A stretch of DNA of 64,000 nucleotides from Promethearchaeota archaeon (GCA_048938105.1 JBHLMN010000017.1:80714-144713), one strand, 5' to 3'; positions 36,708 through 47,568 are shown, counted from the stretch's first letter. Notes: generated by a model not told the origin, from the letters alone. A program made the numbers and translations.

Positions 36708-37274
36708 ATGGTTCGAACTTTCATATGTGTTGAAATAAATGATTTAGAAGTAGTTAAACAAATCGAAGACCAAATTAGAAAGATCAGATTTGAAGGAGTT
36801 CGAGCGGTCAAACCAAATCAATTGCATCTGACATTGAAGTTCTTGGGAGAAGTACCGGAATCCCAAATAGTATCGATCAAGCAAGCAATACAAGCAATTG
36901 AGTCTCCTTCTTTTAACATATCATTAGAGGGATTGGGCTGTTTTCCCAATCTTAATTATATACGGGTTGTATGGATTGGAATAACAAAAGGAAATGATAA
37001 TCTTAAACAACTTGCCAACATGATAGATGAAAATCTTAATTCAATTGGGTTTCCAAAAGAGAAAAGACGTTTTTCTCCCCATTTGACTCTGGCTCGGGTA
37101 AAAAAATTACGTGATTCTGATAAAAAACAATTAACTGCCATTATCCGAGACTCGAAAACCATTCACATTGGAGTTCAAATGATAGAGGAATTAATCCTCA
37201 AGAAAAGTACTCTAACACCAAAGGGTCCTATTTATGAAGATTTACTTGTTGTTCCGATGAAGTACAAGAGTTGA
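36708..37274 (+). CDS. thpR: RNA 2',3'-cyclic phosphodiesterase (2H family)
   Basis: RTFICVE, LHLTLKFLGEV, RVVWIG, FSPHLTLAR, KSTLTPKGPIY. Confidence 0.92.
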   Translation: MVRTFICVEINDLEVVKQIEDQIRKIRFEGVRAVKPNQLHLTLKFLGEVPESQIVSIKQAIQAIESPSFNISLEGLGCFPNLNYIRVVWIGITKGNDNLKQLANMIDENLNSIGFPKEKRRFSPHLTLARVKKLRDSDKKQLTAIIRDSKTIHIGVQMIEELILKKSTLTPKGPIYEDLLVVPMKYKS

Positions 37275-38353
37275 GTTTAGCTTTCATAAGAAGGTTTTTA
37301 TCTTCAATTGATAGTAGAGAGAAGATAATAAGTTCCCCTCTAACATTCGATAAACCTTCCCTCCCCCTTAATTGTCACGAGTTGTTAAAACAAATGACTC
37401 AAAGCATTTCTGATTTGAAATATGGGATCATTAGAAAGGTAGTTCAGTTCGCTGCACTGTTTGGCTATCGCTTAGAGATTGAGGGGAGACGTGAGAATCT
37501 AAGTGATAAAATCGATGAGCTACGAGAAGGAGTCATCTTTGCAGGAAATCATGAAAGTGTAATTGATGCATTTTTGATGGGATTGATAGTTCCACCAGAG
37601 ATGAAAGAAAAGAGAATATATTTTTTAGGAAAAAAAAGTGCACTTTGGAGGAACAGATTTTGGGGATCAATGATGAATTATTTTGGAGTTATTCCGGTAA
37701 AAAAACGAGGGAATCAAGAAGCCATTAGAAGAGGGATTGATGTTTTACAACACAATCAAGCATTAGGAATTTTTCCAGAAGGACATATTCGTTACTCTCG
37801 GAAAGAATTAGAAGGTAAAGTAGGAGTTGCTCGCTTTGCTTTCGAGACTGAATCACCTGTTATACCCGTCGGTATAATCGGTACGGATGGTATTTTACCC
37901 TATGGAGGTAATTGGCCTTCTCCTGGAAGAAAGGTCACCTTACGTGTTGGAAATCCCATTTTTCTCCGTTATGATTATGATCGGAAAGATATGTTCGATC
38001 CTTATGCTCTTCGTGCAGCCACTGATCTAATCATGCATGAAATTCGTATTTTGTCTCAAGGGTATGGGATTCCTCCAAATGAAGCCCACTCATTACGCTG
38101 TATGGATGGAATTCAACAAGTGATGACCCCTCCGAAGTGGCTTTTAAAGAAAAAGAAAATCGTGGAAGAATGGGATAGGAAAAAAAAGAGGATAGATATT
38201 GTAGATTCGTTTGAGGATTGGATAGCAGGAGTCCCTCAATCAAAATCAAAGCGAATTCGAAAGAAAACTGGGAAAAAGAGTATTCTAAAGACCCCAGAGT
38301 ATAAATCCACGCCAACAGATGAATTTTTGAAGTGGCTAGACGATCAGCTCTGA
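37271..38353 (+). CDS. plsC: Lysophospholipid / 1-acyl-sn-glycerol-3-phosphate acyltransferase (PlsC family)
   Basis: GNHESVID (HX4D), IFPEGH, GVARFA, PVIPVGI; TTGA overlap with thpR. Confidence 0.85.
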   Translation: MSLAFIRRFLSSIDSREKIISSPLTFDKPSLPLNCHELLKQMTQSISDLKYGIIRKVVQFAALFGYRLEIEGRRENLSDKIDELREGVIFAGNHESVIDAFLMGLIVPPEMKEKRIYFLGKKSALWRNRFWGSMMNYFGVIPVKKRGNQEAIRRGIDVLQHNQALGIFPEGHIRYSRKELEGKVGVARFAFETESPVIPVGIIGTDGILPYGGNWPSPGRKVTLRVGNPIFLRYDYDRKDMFDPYALRAATDLIMHEIRILSQGYGIPPNEAHSLRCMDGIQQVMTPPKWLLKKKKIVEEWDRKKKRIDIVDSFEDWIAGVPQSKSKRIRKKTGKKSILKTPEYKSTPTDEFLKWLDDQL

Positions 38354-38455
38354 CATTAGAACTAAAGATTCGCTTAAAAGCACGATTTATGATAGGAATA
38401 TGCTAGATATTGGATCTATGTTGCTGAAAATAATGCTATGAATCAAAAGCTAAAA

Positions 38456-39466
38456 TTATGGCTTCCAGCCGAATTTTAGTGGTTTACCTTTGATAAAATT
38501 AAGAACATCTTCAGTAATCATATTTGTTTGATGACGAACAACATCAGCAGTATTTCCTCCAAAATGAGGCATTACAGTCACATTATCAAACTCTAAGAAG
38601 CGATTCTCCGAATCAACTGGTTCATCATCAAAAACATCAAGACCAGCTCCAGCTATTCTCTTTTCTTTGATAGCACTATATAGTGCATCTTCATCAATAC
38701 AATAAGAACGAGCAAGATTAAAGAAATGAGCTGTTGGTTTCATTAGGGAAAACATCTCTGCATTTATCAACTCTTCTGTCTCTTCAACGGGAGGAGTATG
38801 AATAGTAATCATATCAGACTCTTTCATTAATCTCTCAAGTGAAACCTTTTTCCCTTTAGTTTCAAGCACAAGCTCGTGATTTTCTGCAACATAGGGGTCA
38901 AAATAAAGTATTTTACATCCAAAACCTTTATGCAGCCTTTGTGCTACTCGGGAACCGATAGCTCCGAAACCGATTATTCCTATAGTTAAACCATTGAGTT
39001 CCACACCCCGAAAACGATTATAAAACTCTGCAAAATCCTCTTCACTTTCAAGCTCTGCAGTATTAAATTTACCACTCTTAAGAAACCGATCAATTTCGAT
39101 CATTTTACGAGCTTGAACAAGTATCATTGCTACTGTGAGATCCGCTACAGCATCAGCATTTCGATGAGGAGTATGAATTACGGGAATGTTTTTATCGTTA
39201 GCTGCTTCCTCGTCAACATTTACAGGAGTACCTCTAGTTGATGCTATAAGTTTGAGATTTGTTTTTTCGATTACCCATGCATCTACTTCATCAGCTTCTG
39301 TTATGAAGATATCAACCTTATTATCATTTAATTTTTGAATGAGTTCATCCTCATCGAAATAGATCTTTCCTGTATCTCTCCAACTCTCATAAATAACCTC
39401 ACAGTGTTCCTGTAAATTTTTTATTCCACTTTCGTGGAAGGGAGCAGTAATTAGGATTTTCACCAA
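38456..39466 (-). CDS. D-isomer-specific 2-hydroxyacid dehydrogenase
   Basis: GIIGFGAIG, FNLAR, AGLDVFDDEP, MPHFGG. Confidence 0.9.
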   Translation of the reverse strand: MVKILITAPFHESGIKNLQEHCEVIYESWRDTGKIYFDEDELIQKLNDNKVDIFITEADEVDAWVIEKTNLKLIASTRGTPVNVDEEAANDKNIPVIHTPHRNADAVADLTVAMILVQARKMIEIDRFLKSGKFNTAELESEEDFAEFYNRFRGVELNGLTIGIIGFGAIGSRVAQRLHKGFGCKILYFDPYVAENHELVLETKGKKVSLERLMKESDMITIHTPPVEETEELINAEMFSLMKPTAHFFNLARSYCIDEDALYSAIKEKRIAGAGLDVFDDEPVDSENRFLEFDNVTVMPHFGGNTADVVRHQTNMITEDVLNFIKGKPLKFGWKP

Positions 39467-39488
39467 TAATTCCTCTTAATAATAGGCT

Positions 39489-40997
39489 TTAATCTTCTTC
39501 TCTTGATTTTTCATATGTCTCCAGCCATTGAGAAAAGAGATTACTATACTCAGACTGATAATCTTCATTAGGAGAGAAGATTTCTTTCTCTGGTATCAAC
39601 TGAGAGACTGCCTCATTTACTGTTTTGAAATAACCAGTACCAATCATGCATGAAATAAAACCAGCTACAGAGGCTCCCTCTGGTACAAAAACGTGAACGT
39701 CAGATTGAACAACATCTGCTGTAACTTGACAAAATGCCTTTGATCGAGCTAATCCTCCAACTACATAAATGGTTTCCAGTGGCGAATCCACTACGTTAAG
39801 AATTTGTTCCATATTTGCCCGTACAGAAAAGGAGAGATTTTCAACAACTGCTCTTGCAAAAGCACCAACATCAAGGTTACCTTCCAACATGTACGCTATA
39901 GGAGAGAAAATGAATCCTCCTGTTGGAATTCGTAACATATCCTGAGCGTTAAAGATCTGTGGCCCAATATCAGCCTGAACTCCTCCTGCTCCAGGCTTTT
40001 GGGAAAAAACAAGTTCTTCAAATTTGCCGTAGGGGTTTTCAACTCCTAGTTTGGCCAAAAATGAGTCAACAAACCACTGATGAGCATCTCCAGCAGATCC
40101 TGCATTTGATTCAATTACCCAGTTTCCTAAGAAAGGATTTGTCCAAACACGTCTTTCAGGATCCAAAATAGGACGATCAACGACAAAATAAATTGGCATG
40201 GTTGAACCAGCAACAACTCCTAAAGATCCTTTGTTTATTGCTCCACAGCCAATAAGGGATGCTTGACTATCAGCACAACCCATAAAAACTGGAATCTGCG
40301 ATTTTAAACCTAATTTTTCAGCAAAACTAGGAAGAATAGGCGCGATAAGCTCTCCAAACTCTAAAATCCTAGGTAGGATCTCATGAGAAATTCCAAACTC
40401 TTCAAGGATCGTTTCTGACCAATTTTTCTTCGTAATATTATAGAGGAGCGTTTCACTTGCCCCAGTCTCATCGATAGCATACTGACCAGTTAAACGAAAA
40501 TTTACCCATCCATCAATTGTCAAGAGATGCTTGATTTTTTCATATGTTTCCTCCTCATTCTCTTGAAACCATAATAATCTAGCTAATGGAAATATAAAGG
40601 GAAGACCTCTACCAGTAATATCATAAATTACATCGTTTTCCATGTACTCTTCTGTATCAATTTCTAAACCACGAACATCGCGATTTGGACCTGCATACAA
40701 TTCTTTTCCATCTTTGTTAAGAAAAACGCACCCCTGTCTTTGAGATGTAGTAGAAATTGCCTTGATACTTCTTGGATCAATCTTTGCATAATCAATAACA
40801 TCTTTTACTGTTTTTATGATAATATTCCAGAATTGATCAGGATCAAATTCATGTCCATATGGTGCCAAATCTTCTGGTATATGATATAAGTGACTCCATT
40901 TTGATTTTGCAAAACCAATAATCTGACCATTCTCGTTACCGATAACAGCTTTTCCTCCACTTGTTCCCGCATCTATCGTTAAAAAATAATCAGTCAT
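39489..40997 (-). CDS. FGGY-family carbohydrate kinase (LsrK/XylB-like)
   Basis: IDAGTSGGKA, TSQRQG, ADSQASLIGCG, VGGLARS. Confidence 0.88.
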   Translation of the reverse strand: MTDYFLTIDAGTSGGKAVIGNENGQIIGFAKSKWSHLYHIPEDLAPYGHEFDPDQFWNIIIKTVKDVIDYAKIDPRSIKAISTTSQRQGCVFLNKDGKELYAGPNRDVRGLEIDTEEYMENDVIYDITGRGLPFIFPLARLLWFQENEEETYEKIKHLLTIDGWVNFRLTGQYAIDETGASETLLYNITKKNWSETILEEFGISHEILPRILEFGELIAPILPSFAEKLGLKSQIPVFMGCADSQASLIGCGAINKGSLGVVAGSTMPIYFVVDRPILDPERRVWTNPFLGNWVIESNAGSAGDAHQWFVDSFLAKLGVENPYGKFEELVFSQKPGAGGVQADIGPQIFNAQDMLRIPTGGFIFSPIAYMLEGNLDVGAFARAVVENLSFSVRANMEQILNVVDSPLETIYVVGGLARSKAFCQVTADVVQSDVHVFVPEGASVAGFISCMIGTGYFKTVNEAVSQLIPEKEIFSPNEDYQSEYSNLFSQWLETYEKSREED

Positions 40998-41011
40998 ATA
41001 ACTTTCAACTC

Positions 41012-41695
41012 TTAATCAAATCCAGGAAATCTCCGTAATTCTCCCCCAAATTGTTGGGCGTTCAAATAAAGTCGTAAATATTCTTCAAGTGCTCGAGTTT
41101 TAATTGCAGCCTCTCTAAATGTTTCCCCCACCGCAACAACACCATGATTTTCCAGAATCACAATACTAGAATCCCATAGTTTATCAGCTACGGCTTCTCC
41201 AAGCTCTTCTGAACCTGATTGCTCATATGGCACTATCACAATTTCAGGAACCAGAAAACCTAATTCAGCAGTTAACGGGGGAAATTGGGGAGGATTCTTG
41301 AGAACAGATAGAGCAGTTGCCAACGGCGCATGGCTATGGATGATGACCTTGAAATCCTCGTCTTCTTTATAGATTCGTAGATGCATTGGCCATTCAACAG
41401 AAGGATTCATATCTGTGTCTTCAGATACTACTTCACCTGTCAATGACATTTTAATTAAATGGTTAGGTTCAACTATATTCTTTTTCAATCCAGAAGGAGT
41501 TATCCAGAAAAATTGGTCCTTATCTTCTGACCGAAAACTTAAATTTCCTCCCACATCCGTAAGAATCCGTTCACTATATAGTTCCTTCATAGTTTGACAT
41601 AATTCTACCTTGATTTTTTGATCAGAAGTCAATTCAAAACGTCCATTATATGTATAACTAAAAATAAAAACAAAATTAGCAATAGTTATTTTCAA
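41012..41695 (-). CDS. Class II aldolase/adducin family (FucA-like); true start probably TTG near 41632
   Basis: GGNLSFR, ITPSG, PSVEWPMH, IIHSHAP, LENHGVV. Confidence 0.9.
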   Translation of the reverse strand: MKITIANFVFIFSYTYNGRFELTSDQKIKVELCQTMKELYSERILTDVGGNLSFRSEDKDQFFWITPSGLKKNIVEPNHLIKMSLTGEVVSEDTDMNPSVEWPMHLRIYKEDEDFKVIIHSHAPLATALSVLKNPPQFPPLTAELGFLVPEIVIVPYEQSGSEELGEAVADKLWDSSIVILENHGVVAVGETFREAAIKTRALEEYLRLYLNAQQFGGELRRFPGFD

Positions 41696-41724
41696 TAGAT
41701 AAAGGGATGACTATGAACATATCC

Positions 41725-42063
41725 TTATTTCATTAGTTTTTGAAGTTTTAAGAGATCAGGCATACTACCTTTTACTTTCAGCTTTTTACTAGTGTAAGCT
41801 TTCATTCCACCAATTTCGCCAGCCATAATGCCTTTCCATGTTGCAGCATCAGTTGTGATTTTCACGTGGACTTTTCCATCTGGAGCTCCTTCGATAACTT
41901 CACTAGGTACACCATTTTCAATGTTTGTGTGGAATGTTTTTTCCAAATCAGTGAATTCAAAAACCATAGTTTTTGACCACTTTCGGAAAGTCTTTTGAGC
42001 TTTTTCCGTTTTAAAATTCTCCAGCATCTTATTTATTGCATCAATTGCTTCCTGTTCTGACAT
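41725..42063 (-). CDS. SCP2 sterol/lipid-binding domain protein
   Basis: ITTDAATWKGIMAGEIGGMKAYTSKKLKVKGSMPDLLKL. Confidence 0.85.
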   Translation of the reverse strand: MSEQEAIDAINKMLENFKTEKAQKTFRKWSKTMVFEFTDLEKTFHTNIENGVPSEVIEGAPDGKVHVKITTDAATWKGIMAGEIGGMKAYTSKKLKVKGSMPDLLKLQKLMK

Positions 42064-42147
42064 TATTACTCACATGTGAACATTGATTTCATTGGTTAAA
42101 CAAGATTCGATTTCTCATCCATATCTAAAAGGGTTTTCTTCATTCCA

Positions 42148-44091
42148 TTAAATATCCAGAATAAAATCGTCTAGACCCAAATCTTTCAAATGGTTACTAT
42201 CAGGAATGGTAGTGTTTATATCCCACTTTAGAGCAGTAAGAAATTCCCTGAGGATTTTATCTTCTTCCTCAACTAAAGATACGTCTTGATTGGGTCCGTC
42301 CTCCGCTTTTTCTATAATTCTTTTAGGTAATTCATAATTCAACGGATTGATCCCCTCTCGGAGGTTAAAGAGATGTTTCACTGTTAAGGTTCTTTCTCCA
42401 ATCCTAATAAGATCCTCGATAGACAAATCCAAACCTGTTACTAAGTTAACAAACTCGAGGGCTGGATAATTACCTATGACAAGTCCAAATTGACATAATC
42501 CAAGCGCTGAAATCGTTTGATTAAAGCAATAATAATCAAGCGTCCTATTCTTCTTATCTAAGGAGGGATATATCTTATGAAATTTAGAAATATCAATCAT
42601 TACTTCTGTAAAGGGTGTATGACGGCCAGGACTTGGATCGAGTCTGTATGGAATTATGAAAGCTTTAGAGAACCTGGGATCATGTGCAGGGATAGCTTGA
42701 TTGTTAATATGAATTGCAAAATCCTCACCACCAAGTTTCTTAGATGCTCTACCCACTCCAGTTGCTAATATATCTCCTATTCCCTCCCGACTTGTGATCT
42801 TTTTAATTAAAGGAAGAAGATCTCCTGAATTCCCCCATGATATATTGAGACCGCCTAAATCAACTTCAGATATTAATCCATTTTCTGTAGCTTCCATGAG
42901 GAATGCAAGAATTGAACCAACAGCAATAGTATCTAATCCCTGCCGGTTGCAATAATCATTCATTGCATAAATAGAACCAAGATCATCATTGAGGAGATTT
43001 GAACCAAGCATGGCTAATGTTTCATATTCAGGCTTGTGTGTCTCTGATATATCATAGTGTTCATCCTTATAGCTCATTATTCCTCCACATGCCATAGGAC
43101 ACCTTTTACACCCATATTTCCGAACACGATACTTTGTTACAGAGTCAGTCGATAATTTTCCACTTTTTTTCAATGGGAAGTCCTTATAACACCCTTTCCA
43201 ATTCTTAACTGGGGCATCCCCTGTCTCAACTAGCACTGCTGTTCCTGCTGCAGTCCCCCATCGCTTATATGATTCAATAATCATGCTACTTGTACTCATG
43301 GATTCGTAATTCTTTACTTTGAAGCGTCGAAGCCATGGAGCGAAGGTAGTTGACATTTTCAGACTAGGTTTTAAAAGAAAGTTCAGACCTTTTGAGACCC
43401 ATTTATTTACGAAGGTACGGAGTTCACGAAGTCCATCAGGATCGAAAATGGGAATATCTTTTGTTCCCCGAACAACAATAGCCTTTAGATTTTTCGACCC
43501 CATAACTGCTCCAAGACCACTTCTAGCAGCGACTCTAGCTTTATCCGTTACTATACCAGTGATTAAAACCAAATTCTCCCCAGCTAATCCGATACTAGCC
43601 ACCTGGACTTTTGGCCCATATTTCTTTTTCAATTCTACTTCAGTTTCAACACAATCTAAACCTTTAAGATTAGAGGTGGGGATTATTTCAATGGAATCAT
43701 TTGTAATATTCAAAATTGAAAGCTCTTTCGCTTTGCCTTTAATGAGTAGTAAATCAAATCCTGCTTGACGTAATTCAGGACCAAACCGTCCACCTGAATT
43801 TGCTTCTCCCCACGTACCAGTTAAGGGTGATTTTCCAGCAACAATGAAGCGGCCCGAAAAAGGGACAATAGTTCCACTTAGAACACCTGTGATGAAGCAT
43901 AGAATATTCTCAGATCCTAGTGGGTCCGTTTTAGAAGGCATATGTCGAAGAAGATAATCAGCTGCAAGTCCCTCTCCTCCAAGATATTTCTTAAACACTT
44001 CATCTCGAAATGAATGAGATTCTATGTTTATGTTGTTTGTGGATAAGTCAACAACACCAATCTGTATTCTATTAGAAAAATTAGAGTTCAT
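42148..44091 (-). CDS. aor: Tungsten-dependent aldehyde:ferredoxin oxidoreductase family
   Basis: KSPLTG, EANSGGRFG, ARSGLGAVMGSKNLKA, CKRCPMAC, PEYET, GLDTI, HDPR. Confidence 0.92.
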   Translation of the reverse strand: MNSNFSNRIQIGVVDLSTNNINIESHSFRDEVFKKYLGGEGLAADYLLRHMPSKTDPLGSENILCFITGVLSGTIVPFSGRFIVAGKSPLTGTWGEANSGGRFGPELRQAGFDLLLIKGKAKELSILNITNDSIEIIPTSNLKGLDCVETEVELKKKYGPKVQVASIGLAGENLVLITGIVTDKARVAARSGLGAVMGSKNLKAIVVRGTKDIPIFDPDGLRELRTFVNKWVSKGLNFLLKPSLKMSTTFAPWLRRFKVKNYESMSTSSMIIESYKRWGTAAGTAVLVETGDAPVKNWKGCYKDFPLKKSGKLSTDSVTKYRVRKYGCKRCPMACGGIMSYKDEHYDISETHKPEYETLAMLGSNLLNDDLGSIYAMNDYCNRQGLDTIAVGSILAFLMEATENGLISEVDLGGLNISWGNSGDLLPLIKKITSREGIGDILATGVGRASKKLGGEDFAIHINNQAIPAHDPRFSKAFIIPYRLDPSPGRHTPFTEVMIDISKFHKIYPSLDKKNRTLDYYCFNQTISALGLCQFGLVIGNYPALEFVNLVTGLDLSIEDLIRIGERTLTVKHLFNLREGINPLNYELPKRIIEKAEDGPNQDVSLVEEEDKILREFLTALKWDINTTIPDSNHLKDLGLDDFILDI

Positions 44092-44267
44092 AGTCTCACC
44101 TGTTTCCGAATAAACTTATTTATCTTTTCTTGGTTGCAATTTATTAACTATACTTTTATTTCAATCTTCACCAATACGACAATCTAAAGGAGATAAATCA
44201 AATTAAAGTTGAATATTTAAACTACTATGACGAGGAATTTTGGAATAATTTACAAGTTTAGGAGGAT

Positions 44268-45638
44268 TTGTTGATGTTATCACTTGCTGAAATGGAAAAA
44301 TTTGCAGAGAACAATCTTGATAATGCTCTTGAGGATCTATTCAAGCTTACTAGAATACCTACTATTACTGCAAAAGGAGGAGACTATTCATCTAAAGCTA
44401 TAACGGAATTAACTAGAATTTTCAGTGAATTACATTTTAAATGTGTCATTACTGAAACCAAAGGAGAACCTGTTTTTACCGCTGTATTAGATATAAATAA
44501 ACCAAAGACCTTACTTTTCTACGATCATTACGATGTGCAACCTGCAGAACCATTTGATAAATGGACAAGTCCTCCGTTTGAACCAGAAGTTAGAGAGGGA
44601 ATGATATATGGCCGAGGAGTTGCTGATAATAAAGGCAATATAATAGCTAGGATATATGCAGTAAAAATGATCCAAGAGTTACTTGGGGAACTTCCTGTCA
44701 ATGTAAAATTTATTATTGAAGGCGAGGAGGAAGTTTCAAGCCCAAATTTAAAGGAATATGTCGATTCTCACCATGAATTCTTATTTTCAGACCAAACTTC
44801 TTGTATCTGGGAATTCGGAGGTACGAATACTCAAGGGATGCAAGAGATTTGGGCAGGAGTGAAAGGGATTTGTTACATCCAGCTGAAAACCACAGGTCCA
44901 AATCGAGACCTGCATTCAGCTTACGGAGCAATCGTTGAGAATCCAGCTAATCATCTAGTTGCAGCTCTTGCTTCATTACGAAATGATCACACAGACAAAA
45001 TTCTAATCGAAAATTTTTATGATCCACTCATTACTCCTTCTAAGGAAGTACTTCAAGCTATTTTAAGGATAAAAGACACTATGAATGAGGATAATCAAAA
45101 AAAGCAACTAGGTATCAAGAAATTCATAGGTGGATTATATGGTGAAGAATTACTAAAGAAGTACTATTTAAGCCCAACCTGTACCATTTGTGGAATTTGG
45201 TCAGGCTGGCAGGGGGAGGGGGGAAAGACTGTACTCCCCGCTGAGGCTCATGCAAAATTAGACTTCAGGTTAGTGCCAAATCAGACTCCAGAAGACGTTA
45301 TTCAGATGTTAAAAGATCATTTCAAGAAGAAGAATTTTAATGTTGAGATAGAATGGTTTGAAGGGTATCGTCCTGCTTTTACACCGTTATCGGTTCCTTT
45401 TGTCGGATTACTTAAGGAAACAATGTTTGAAGTCTATGGTCATACCCCTATTATTCATCCCTGGAGCCCTGCTTCAGGCCCTCTGTATCTATTTGCTGAT
45501 CATATACCTGTCCTTTCAATAGGAGTAGCTCATGCAGGCAGCCGTGGTCATGCTCCTAATGAAAATATTAAAGTTGAAGACTTCAAACAAGGCCAGGTTT
45601 GTCTTGCCAAGTTAATGGAAAATATGGCAGAATCTTAG
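44268..45638 (+). CDS. M20/M25/M40 metallopeptidase (dipeptidase-like)
   Basis: YDHYDVQPA, GRGVADNKG, EGEEE, DLHS, HAPNE. Confidence 0.92.
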   Translation: MLMLSLAEMEKFAENNLDNALEDLFKLTRIPTITAKGGDYSSKAITELTRIFSELHFKCVITETKGEPVFTAVLDINKPKTLLFYDHYDVQPAEPFDKWTSPPFEPEVREGMIYGRGVADNKGNIIARIYAVKMIQELLGELPVNVKFIIEGEEEVSSPNLKEYVDSHHEFLFSDQTSCIWEFGGTNTQGMQEIWAGVKGICYIQLKTTGPNRDLHSAYGAIVENPANHLVAALASLRNDHTDKILIENFYDPLITPSKEVLQAILRIKDTMNEDNQKKQLGIKKFIGGLYGEELLKKYYLSPTCTICGIWSGWQGEGGKTVLPAEAHAKLDFRLVPNQTPEDVIQMLKDHFKKKNFNVEIEWFEGYRPAFTPLSVPFVGLLKETMFEVYGHTPIIHPWSPASGPLYLFADHIPVLSIGVAHAGSRGHAPNENIKVEDFKQGQVCLAKLMENMAES

Positions 45639-45662
45639 TAATTAACTGTTTGTGGAATTAAA

Positions 45663-46106
45663 ATGTTTAATAAAATGGTTCATGCTGCAGATGGACTCTT
45701 GATTAGTGATAATGGAAAAATTGTCCTTATTCTACGTAAGGGTGAGACTTTTCATGATTTTTGGGCACTACCTGGTGGAGCTGTAGAAGAAGACGAAACG
45801 ATCGAGGAAGCCTTAATTCGTGAGATGAAAGAAGAAACAGGTGTAAAGGTAAAACCAAAGGAAATTTTAGGAATATTTTCTGATCCTGATCGAGATCCAA
45901 GAGGACGTGTGATTTCAACAGTATTTATATGCAATTATGAAGGAATATTGAAAGCAGGGTCAGATGCAGGGAGGATAATCACATGTACGATAGAAGAAGC
46001 TCTAAATATGCAGCTTGCATTTGATCACCACTTCATTCTCCAATGTTATCAACAGTGGCTCAAACAGAAGGGCACATTTTGGTCGAAAAAGCTATTACGG
46101 CATTAA
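45663..46106 (+). CDS. NUDIX hydrolase (ADP-ribose pyrophosphatase-like)
   Basis: Nudix box GGAVEEDETIEEALIREMKEETG; RDPRG; LAFDH. Confidence 0.92.
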   Translation: MFNKMVHAADGLLISDNGKIVLILRKGETFHDFWALPGGAVEEDETIEEALIREMKEETGVKVKPKEILGIFSDPDRDPRGRVISTVFICNYEGILKAGSDAGRIITCTIEEALNMQLAFDHHFILQCYQQWLKQKGTFWSKKLLRH

Positions 46107-46119
46107 AATCATAAATACT

Positions 46120-47568
46120 CTATTCTCTCCCCCTTTTAGAATGATAATCCACCAATGCTTTCATTGCTCGCGCTGCCATTGAGGGCCATTTAAAAACTGC
46201 AATACCATTATCCTGAAGAAACGTAACGGCTTCGTCAGCTGTATCTAAACAACTTATTAGCACTGGAATCTTATTTTCATGAACCCAAGAAACAAAATCC
46301 GATAAATTCTCTTGCAACATGGTTTCGAAAAATGTTGCTGGAAGTATTTCCATAAATTCATTATTCCCAAATTTGAACATTCGCTCTATCATATTCCCTC
46401 CGAAAACACCGTACAATAATAGAACATCCACCTCGCCTGATTGCCAGATGAGACGTGGAACCTCTCTGTAAAACAAATCCATATTCATGTCAAATGTAAG
46501 ATCGATAGGATTATTTGCAGAAGCAGTCGATCTTACAACATTTCTAATCTTTCTTTGGAGATCAGATGAGAATGAGGGGACAGGTAGACCATTCCTCTCG
46601 CAACTATCTGCGAAAGTTACCGCAGGTCCCCCGGAATTTGTTATGAGTCCAATACGATCCCCTTTAGGAGGATATGTGAGTGAAAACGCATGAATATATT
46701 CATATAATTCTTCCATTGTTGTTGTTTCGATAACCCCTGCTTGTTTGAAAACAGTTTCATATACGGAGATTTTTCCTCCTAAAGAAGCAGTGTGAGACAT
46801 CCCTGCTCTTGATCCAGCTTTTGTTCCTCCAACATAATGTACAATAACTGGTTTCTTTTGAGCTAGTTCACATAGTGCTTTTACAAACTGACGTCCTTCA
46901 CGTTTTACTCCTTCAATGTAAAGACCTACAACTTCAGTGTCAGGATCATCACGAAAATATTCCATGCAATCTGTGATGTTGACATTGGCTTCATTTCCAA
47001 CAGACACCGCTTTTCCAAGTCTTATCCCTCTTCTTTCCATCCAGATCAGGATTTGAGAAATCCATGAACCAGACTGACTTATTAGCGAAACGTTCCCAGA
47101 TTGTCCTTCAGGAAGCTCAAAAGGAAACCAAGTGCAATTAAATATACCTTTTGGGCAATGAAGATTAATTATACCAATACAATTAGGCCCAATGAAGCGT
47201 ATTCCATAACGTTCCGCTATCTCGTTTAATTGTACTTGATTTTCTGACTCTCCAACCTCACTAAATCCTGCAGAAATAATGATCACATGACGAATTCCAA
47301 ATTGACCTGCTTTCTCTAAATAATCAGTAACAAGTCGAGTCGGTAGGACAATAATAAGAAGATCAGGAATTTCAGGTAGATCTTCCAGTTTTCTGAATGC
47401 TGGAAATCCCAGAATTGAAGTTTCAGTTGGATGAACTGGATAGATTTTTCCTTTAAAACGACTGCGACAAACGTATAGTTGTCCGCTACCCATTGTTGTG
47501 AAATTATTACTTGCACCAAGAAAAGCAACTGATTTTGGATTCATCAGTTTATCTAGAAAATGTGTCAT
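46120..47568 (-). CDS. ADP-forming acetate/acyl-CoA ligase alpha subunit
   Basis: PKSVAFLGAS, GPNCIG, SQSG, VGNEA, phospho-His site SHTASL, NSGGP, NPIDL. Confidence 0.88.
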   Translation of the reverse strand: MTHFLDKLMNPKSVAFLGASNNFTTMGSGQLYVCRSRFKGKIYPVHPTETSILGFPAFRKLEDLPEIPDLLIIVLPTRLVTDYLEKAGQFGIRHVIIISAGFSEVGESENQVQLNEIAERYGIRFIGPNCIGIINLHCPKGIFNCTWFPFELPEGQSGNVSLISQSGSWISQILIWMERRGIRLGKAVSVGNEANVNITDCMEYFRDDPDTEVVGLYIEGVKREGRQFVKALCELAQKKPVIVHYVGGTKAGSRAGMSHTASLGGKISVYETVFKQAGVIETTTMEELYEYIHAFSLTYPPKGDRIGLITNSGGPAVTFADSCERNGLPVPSFSSDLQRKIRNVVRSTASANNPIDLTFDMNMDLFYREVPRLIWQSGEVDVLLLYGVFGGNMIERMFKFGNNEFMEILPATFFETMLQENLSDFVSWVHENKIPVLISCLDTADEAVTFLQDNGIAVFKWPSMAARAMKALVDYHSKRGRE

